Shown in pieces: positions 58,838-64,000 of a stretch of 64,000 nt of DNA (the stretch's first letter is position 1; every line of letters begins with the position of its first letter). The notes under the pieces are model-generated. The model saw only the letters and a program-made list of their open reading frames with translations, was not told the DNA's origin and made no database searches. Both the position numbers and the translations under genes were made by a program. Origin of the DNA: an uncultured Spirochaetota bacterium. Lineage in GTDB: Bacteria > Spirochaetota > Spirochaetia > SZUA-6 > Fen-1364. The stretch is from assembly GCA_963820525.1 (NCBI GenBank), contig CAWGAA010000001.1, forward strand, positions 960,001 through 1,024,000. Direction: 5' to 3'.

Positions 58838-59782
58838 ATGATCATCGCATGCGGCGAGGCTCTCATCGACATGGTGCCTCTTGCCGAAGACCCTACCACC
58901 TTCCAGGCGCGGGCCGGCGGCTGCCCGCTCAACACGGCGGTCGCGGCGGCCAGACTCGGCGCGAAGGTCGCTTTCCTTGGCCGCATCGGGGGCGACTTCC
59001 TTGGCGACAGGCTTGTGCAAACCCTCATGGACAACTCCATAGACTGCCGATACGTCGTTCGGTCCAGCCAGCCGACCACCCTCGCCTTCGTCCAGTATGG
59101 GCATGACGGCGAGCGTTATGCGTTCTACTCGATCGGAGCCGCCGATCGTTCGCTCGTGGCATCAGACCTCCCCGCCGATCTCGGCGCCGATGTATCGTTC
59201 CTGATGGTCGGCTCGATCTCTCTTTTACAGGAGCCCGCGGCTTCCACGATCGTATCCCTCGTGGAGCGGGAGTCGGCGCGGGTCTCGGTCTCGCTTGACC
59301 CGAACGTTCGTCCATCGGTCGTCTCCGACAGGAAGGCCTATCTTGAGAGACTCGAGCGGGTGGCCGCGGCATCTACTGTGATCAAGACGAGCGCAACCGA
59401 CCTCGCATGGCTCTTCCCCGGAGCGAGCGAGGAGGCTGCGGTCCAGCGCCTCCTCTCCCTCGGCCCGGCGCTCGTTGTCATGACGAGGGGCGGCATGGGT
59501 TCGGTCGCGCGGACACGCAGGGCCGAGGCCTTCGCGCCCGCCCCCCGGGTCAGCGTGGTCGACACCATCGGCGCCGGGGACAGCTTCCATGGCGCCATGC
59601 TCCATGCCCTTGAAGCCGCGGACCATCGCACCCGAGAGAAAATCGCCTCGATGGATGAGTCCGCTCTATTGAAGATGCTCTCGTTCGCTTCAGCCGCCGC
59701 AGCTCTCACCTGCACGAAGCGCGGCTCCGATCCGCCCACCCTCACCGAGGTCCGGTACTTCATGGATCAAGCCAGCGCGTGA
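58838..59782 (+). CDS. PfkB family carbohydrate kinase (fructokinase-like)
   Basis: GEALID, GGCPLNTAVAAARLG, DPNVRP, VDTIGAGDSF. Confidence 0.95.
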   Translation: MIIACGEALIDMVPLAEDPTTFQARAGGCPLNTAVAAARLGAKVAFLGRIGGDFLGDRLVQTLMDNSIDCRYVVRSSQPTTLAFVQYGHDGERYAFYSIGAADRSLVASDLPADLGADVSFLMVGSISLLQEPAASTIVSLVERESARVSVSLDPNVRPSVVSDRKAYLERLERVAAASTVIKTSATDLAWLFPGASEEAAVQRLLSLGPALVVMTRGGMGSVARTRRAEAFAPAPRVSVVDTIGAGDSFHGAMLHALEAADHRTREKIASMDESALLKMLSFASAAAALTCTKRGSDPPTLTEVRYFMDQASA

Positions 59783-60014
59783 TGGATGAAACCAGGTGAT
59801 TCCTGTCTTGCTCTGCAGCTTCGAAATCTCATGATGTGCGCGTGCACAAAAAAAGAGCCACGGCCGGTGTTTCTCACAGCCGCATTTCGTATCACTCGCA
59901 CATATTTACCATCGGGTGAGCCTTCAATAGAATACAGAGGATCATACCAAACTAAAGCGGCGAGCCGCACATTGCGAATCCGCCGCCACACAAAGGATTG
60001 ATTACGCAGCACAG

Positions 60015-60110
60015 TCATGCCCATTGCCGGTATGGCGGGCCCCTGCCTTGCTTGGTCAGGCAGGCGATGATCTTCTCAGCCGGATCGTGGATGACGGCGA
60101 TCACCGACAT
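60015..60110 (-). mobile_element. Possible C-terminal remnant of an IS91/ISCR-type transposase
   Basis: (GG)MSVIAVIHDPAEKIIACLTKQGRGPP resembles the M..IA.I.D...I..IL.HL...R.PP tail of IS91-family proteins. Confidence 0.4.
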
Positions 60111-60267
60111 TCCTCCAACTCAACAACGTGCGGGCAAAGTTGATATTCAACAAGCCCTTCTCATACCATGGCGGTGCGGATGTTTCTGCCGGCAGCGAAA
60201 AAGCGACAAAGGGAGAACCATATGCACCATTGACCGGCACGCGGTCATCCGGTAGGCTTGCGCCAAC

Positions 60268-61407
60268 ATGAAAACTTTTCACGCCGCACGCCTGTTCGCT
60301 TGCTCGCTGGCTTTTTCTTGTCTCCTATCAGCATGCGCGGTGATAGACCAGGCCGTTATGGCCTATGTGACGGCGCCGGATGACCCCGGCGCGCCCGTTC
60401 TTGAGACAGAGCCTGAAGTGCTGCCCTTCTCCAATTCAGGAATTGCCGGAGTGTACCCGCCGGATTCTCCGGTTGCCGTCCATGGAAAGCTGAAGGTTGT
60501 TGGAACCCAGCTCTGTGACGAGAAGGGGAGCCCAGTCCAGCTTCGAGGCGTGATGTTTCGCGGGCTGAACTACGAGGCCAAGTTCATAAACCGCGAGACG
60601 ATCGGATATTTTGCCCGAGAGTGGAAAATTGAAGTGATGCGGGTTGCCATATGGCCTCAAGGAGCCCGCTGGGGAAATGTCGAAGAGCCGGGATACGTGA
60701 AGAATCCGGGGCTTGAAAAATACGTGGAAGATGCCGTTCGCATCACGGAAGAATACGGGATCTACTGCATCATAGACTGGCACAACCTCCTTGACGGAGA
60801 TCCCAACGCCTATAGGGAAGAGTCCAGGGCGTTTTTCAAGAGGATGACATTCCAGTATGGCGCCAAGAAGCACGTCCTCTACGAGATCTGCAATGAGCCC
60901 AACGGCGAGCGCGTGACGTGGGCCAGATTCATCAAACCGTACGCCCTCTATGTCATTCCGGTCATCCGGGCCGGGGATCCGGATTCCATCATCATCGTGG
61001 GCACGGAGCGCTGGAGCGCAGATACCCATCACGCCGCGGCGGATCCCCTGAAATATAAGAACATCATGTACACGTTCCACTTCTATGCGGGAACGTATCC
61101 CCTCCAGCTCACGGAGCGCCTCAGCGCTTCCCTGAAGACCATCCCGATATTCTGCACGGAATGGGGCCCCACGACATCAACGGATGTATGCGGAGCCGCA
61201 TTCCTGGACAGGACGACACCATGGATGGATTTTCTGGATAAGAAAAAGATCAGCTGGTGCAGCTATTCCCTGTCCGATATCCGTGAAACCACGTCGCTCT
61301 TCAGGCCTGACACCAAGCCCTCCGGAGAATGGGATGACTCCGCCTTCACGCCTTACGGAAAATACGTCAGGGACAGGATAAGGCTGCACCGCCTGAGCCT
61401 CAGATAG
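60268..61407 (+). CDS. GH5 endoglucanase-like lipoprotein
   Basis: Lipobox LLSAC; G.L.V.G.QL, IIDWH, YEICNEP, FHFYAG, TEWG. Confidence 0.93.
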   Translation: MKTFHAARLFACSLAFSCLLSACAVIDQAVMAYVTAPDDPGAPVLETEPEVLPFSNSGIAGVYPPDSPVAVHGKLKVVGTQLCDEKGSPVQLRGVMFRGLNYEAKFINRETIGYFAREWKIEVMRVAIWPQGARWGNVEEPGYVKNPGLEKYVEDAVRITEEYGIYCIIDWHNLLDGDPNAYREESRAFFKRMTFQYGAKKHVLYEICNEPNGERVTWARFIKPYALYVIPVIRAGDPDSIIIVGTERWSADTHHAAADPLKYKNIMYTFHFYAGTYPLQLTERLSASLKTIPIFCTEWGPTTSTDVCGAAFLDRTTPWMDFLDKKKISWCSYSLSDIRETTSLFRPDTKPSGEWDDSAFTPYGKYVRDRIRLHRLSLR

Positions 61408-61436
61408 ATTTTTCCGTGAAGCGGCAATGCGCGCTC

Positions 61437-61464
61437 TTGAATTCCTTCCCCGCTCTGATATAAT
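61437..61464 (+). promoter_or_regulatory. Putative sigma70 promoter with extended -10
   Basis: TTGAAT-16 nt-TATAAT with TGn; GGAGG RBS at 61532. Confidence 0.6.
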
Positions 61465-61545
61465 ACCGTCGAACGTCGATAGCCTTGCCCTAATTTTAGC
61501 GGAACAACCACGATGTAACATTCAAAAAAAGGGAGGATGAAAGGT

Positions 61546-63530
61546 ATGAATAAACGGTTTTCCCTTTGCGCTTTCCTGATCGTTTTGGGGGTTCAATCGA
61601 CTCTCGGCCAGGATCTCACGGCGGGCCTGCTCCATTACTGGAGGTTCGACGGCAACACGGCGGACTCGATTCAGGGCGCGAACGCTTCCCTCACAGGGAG
61701 AGTGGATTGGGTAGGAGGGGTCGAGGGAGCCGCGATCAAGCTCCTCGATAGGGCCTATCTCACCGTGAGTGATTACGATTTCCCGTTCGGCAACTCGCAA
61801 CGGACCATCTCTGTGGCGGCAAAGCTGGAGGGGAAGAATCATCCGGAGATCGTCTTTTCCTACGGGGAGCCGCGGAGAGCCGGACACGGCCTCTCGATCG
61901 TTCAGAAAAATTCAGGCATCGGGGTCGAGTTCGGGGACAATACATTTTGGGGGAGCGAAGAATCGTACACGGGGTGGGTACAAATCGTCGTCGTGGTTCC
62001 CGACTGGTCCCAGTTCACAACAGATGCCTCTGTGTACATCAATGGTTACAAGGTGAACTGCTCGTACCTGAGCGGCCGTCAGCAGCTGCTCGGCACATCC
62101 TTCACGGGAAGCGCGTACGTGGGCACCAACGAGAGGCATCACGACTATCTCAGCAGCAGCGTCGATGAGCTTCGGATATACAACCGGGCCTTGAGCGATG
62201 CGGAGATCGCCTCCCTATATCAGCAATACAAGTCCGTGATCGAACGGCGGGGCGACAAGGGATGGTCCCCACTTCTGTCCGTCGTGCCTGACGGGGAGAG
62301 AAGGGTGCTGAAAATCGTGGACTGGGCGGGGGGCGAAGGGGAAAAGCCGGAGATCCCCGCGGACAGCTATCTGGGTGCGAGCGGCTTCACGACCCTTGAG
62401 AATGCGATCGACATCCGCGGGAGCATGGGAGAATCAGGGCCGATCGGCCCCCAGGGACCCAAAGGCGATACCGGAGCCACAGGCGCAACGGGGCCAGAGG
62501 GGCCACAGGGACCTGTCGGCCTCCAGGGCATAGCAGGTCTTCAAGGCCCTGCGGGCGAAGCGGGGCCCTCGGGCCCTGCGGGCCCTGCGGGCCCCACCGG
62601 TCCCCAGGCCCTGCGGGCCCTCAAGGCCCCGCAGGGACCAGCCTCAACCCCCTGCAGATCGCCACGCTGCGGTGGTACCAGGCAAACCAGACATTCGGCA
62701 CCGACCTCGCCGGGAACGGCCCGAACAATCTGGCATTCGACGGCACCAACATCTGGGCCACCCTCACCACCACCAATAGCATCGCAAAGCTGCGGGCCAG
62801 CGACGGGGCGCTGCTCGGGACGTATTCGGCCGGAAACCGGCCCCAAGGCCTGGCCTTTGACGGCACCCACATCTGGGTCGCATGCTACAACAGCAACGTC
62901 GTTACCAAGATCAGGGCCAGCGACGGAGTGACGGTAGGCAGCTATGCGGCCGGCGCATCTCCCACCGACGTAGCCTTCGATGGCGTCAGCATCTGGGTCG
63001 CGGACTGGACCGGCGCCAGCGTGACCAAGCTCAACCCGGCGGACGGGTCGCTCATCGCAACCATTGCGGTCGGGCCGAGCCCCGGAGCCATCGCTTTCGA
63101 CGGTGCGGCCATCTGGGTTATCAACGCTGGGGACAATACGGTCACCAAGATCCGCGCAAGCGACGGCACTGTGTTGGGGACCTACAGCACGGGAAGCTCG
63201 GTTCCTTCGGGCATAGCCTTTGATGGAGTCGGTATCTGGATTACCCACAGCGCCTGGAACAGCTCCACCGGGCTCAGCACTGTCTGCAGGCTGAGCGTGA
63301 GTGACGGCTCCATCATCGGTAGGGGTTATGTCGAAAAAGCCGCCCACGGAGTCGTCTTCGATGGAACGAGCATCTGGATCGCGGGTCAATCCGCTTACCA
63401 AGTCACCAAGTTGCGGGTGAGCGACGGCGCAACACTCGGCACCTACCCGGTCGCCTCATACGCCTACCACCTGGCGTTTGACGGAATAAACGTCTGGGTC
63501 TCGCACGGCGGAGGCGTCACGCGGTTTTAG
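61546..63530 (+). CDS. Secreted LamG + collagen-like + 7-bladed YncE-type beta-propeller protein, frameshifted at 62607-62608
   Basis: Signal peptide; LLHYWRFDG...VDELRIYNRALSDAEI; Gly-X-Y run; one extra G continues GPAGPQGPAGTSLNPLQIATLRWY in frame with ORF 62928-63530. Confidence 0.85.
62419..62642 (+). repeat. Collagen-like (Gly-X-Y) coding repeat, about 25 triplets
   Basis: 21 triplets before the frameshift and 4 after; GGCCCTGCG 9-mers. Confidence 0.9.
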
Positions 63531-63791
63531 CCGGCCCGGGGCCTGTCACGCCGCCGCAGCGCGGCCGCGAGCGTGCGGGAGTGGTCGCGTAAGTCGCGCC
63601 TCTGAAGGAGCGGCCTTACTGCGAGAGTGCTCGTCCTAAGCTCTAGATTGAGCGGCTGGGCATGCCCCGCTCCAAGTTCCTCCGCGTGCAGTCTGGCCGG
63701 CGGCCAGCGCGCTGCGCATCCGTTCTTGACTGCTCATTTTCTTCCCCAACTGCGTGGAGCGATATTAAAGTTGAAATCAGGAGGCGATAGG

Positions 63792-64000
63792 TTGATTGAT
63801 CACAACAACCTCGAAGAGTTCGCGGACGCGGTTGACTACAATATAATGGATCATTCAGATACGGGAGTAGCCTTCTACAGCGAATTGGCTCGGGAGACCG
63901 GCGGTCCCGTGCTGGAGATCGGCTGTGGCACCTGTCGGGTAAGCACCGGATTGGACATGTCCCTCTTCTACAATGGCTTTGAGGTCATTCGGGAGTACGG
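63792..64000 (+). pseudogene. Class I SAM methyltransferase with apparent internal deletions, running off the window
   Basis: AGGAGG RBS and TTG; MIDHNNLEEF...FY.ELARETGGPVLEIGCGTCRVS-TGLDMS-LFYNGFEVIREYG. Confidence 0.6.

Noticed and set aside
59767..60282. Short ORFs between PfkB and GH5
   Set aside because: No RBS, motif or codon bias supporting real genes, apart from the possible IS91 tail
62419..63500. CRISPR or DNA-level repeat array
   Set aside because: The repeats are degenerate and coding (collagen triplets, propeller blades); no repeat-spacer array was seen anywhere in the window

Overview
GC-rich bacterial chromosome segment. The gene content suggests Spirochaetota, but that is inference only. 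(1) 1-27.6 kb is one + strand, translationally coupled surface-glycan locus of about 29 genes. It holds rfbC/D/B and about 20 known or putative glycosyltransferases, including GT10 and two GT11 fucosyltransferase-family genes, two GT25, two GT32, two exostosin/GT47-like paralogs and a fungal-type GT71 (MNN)-like protein. It also encodes UDP-xylose synthase, UDP-GlcA 4-epimerase and a GHMP kinase-nucleotidyltransferase fusion. (2) 27.7-34.3 kb has two FtsX/LolE-like permeases, a LolA-like protein and a putative outer-membrane protein with no ATPase, an orphan IS630-type HTH gene and RidA. (3) 34.3-44 kb has a GH127/sugar ABC/AraC module, a MocR regulator lacking its PLP lysine, a stand-alone cNMP-binding protein and a GNAT. 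(4) 44.1-55.2 kb is the best candidate for an undescribed system. It is a minus-strand cluster of an FGE-sulfatase-domain lipoprotein, a coiled-coil lipoprotein, a divergent Opp/Dpp-type ABC transporter and a soluble HEAT-repeat class III adenylate cyclase. (5) 55.2-64 kb is a patchwork: a 5'-truncated orphan 5S rRNA beside a Flavo-1-like structured RNA, AraC/GyrI, an esterase remnant, DinB, PfkB, an IS91-like remnant, a GH5 lipoprotein, a LamG-collagen-beta-propeller protein and an internally deleted methyltransferase. At least five genes are broken by single-base losses at G/C runs, most simply explained by long-read assembly error. All family calls come from motif recognition by eye; no searches were run.
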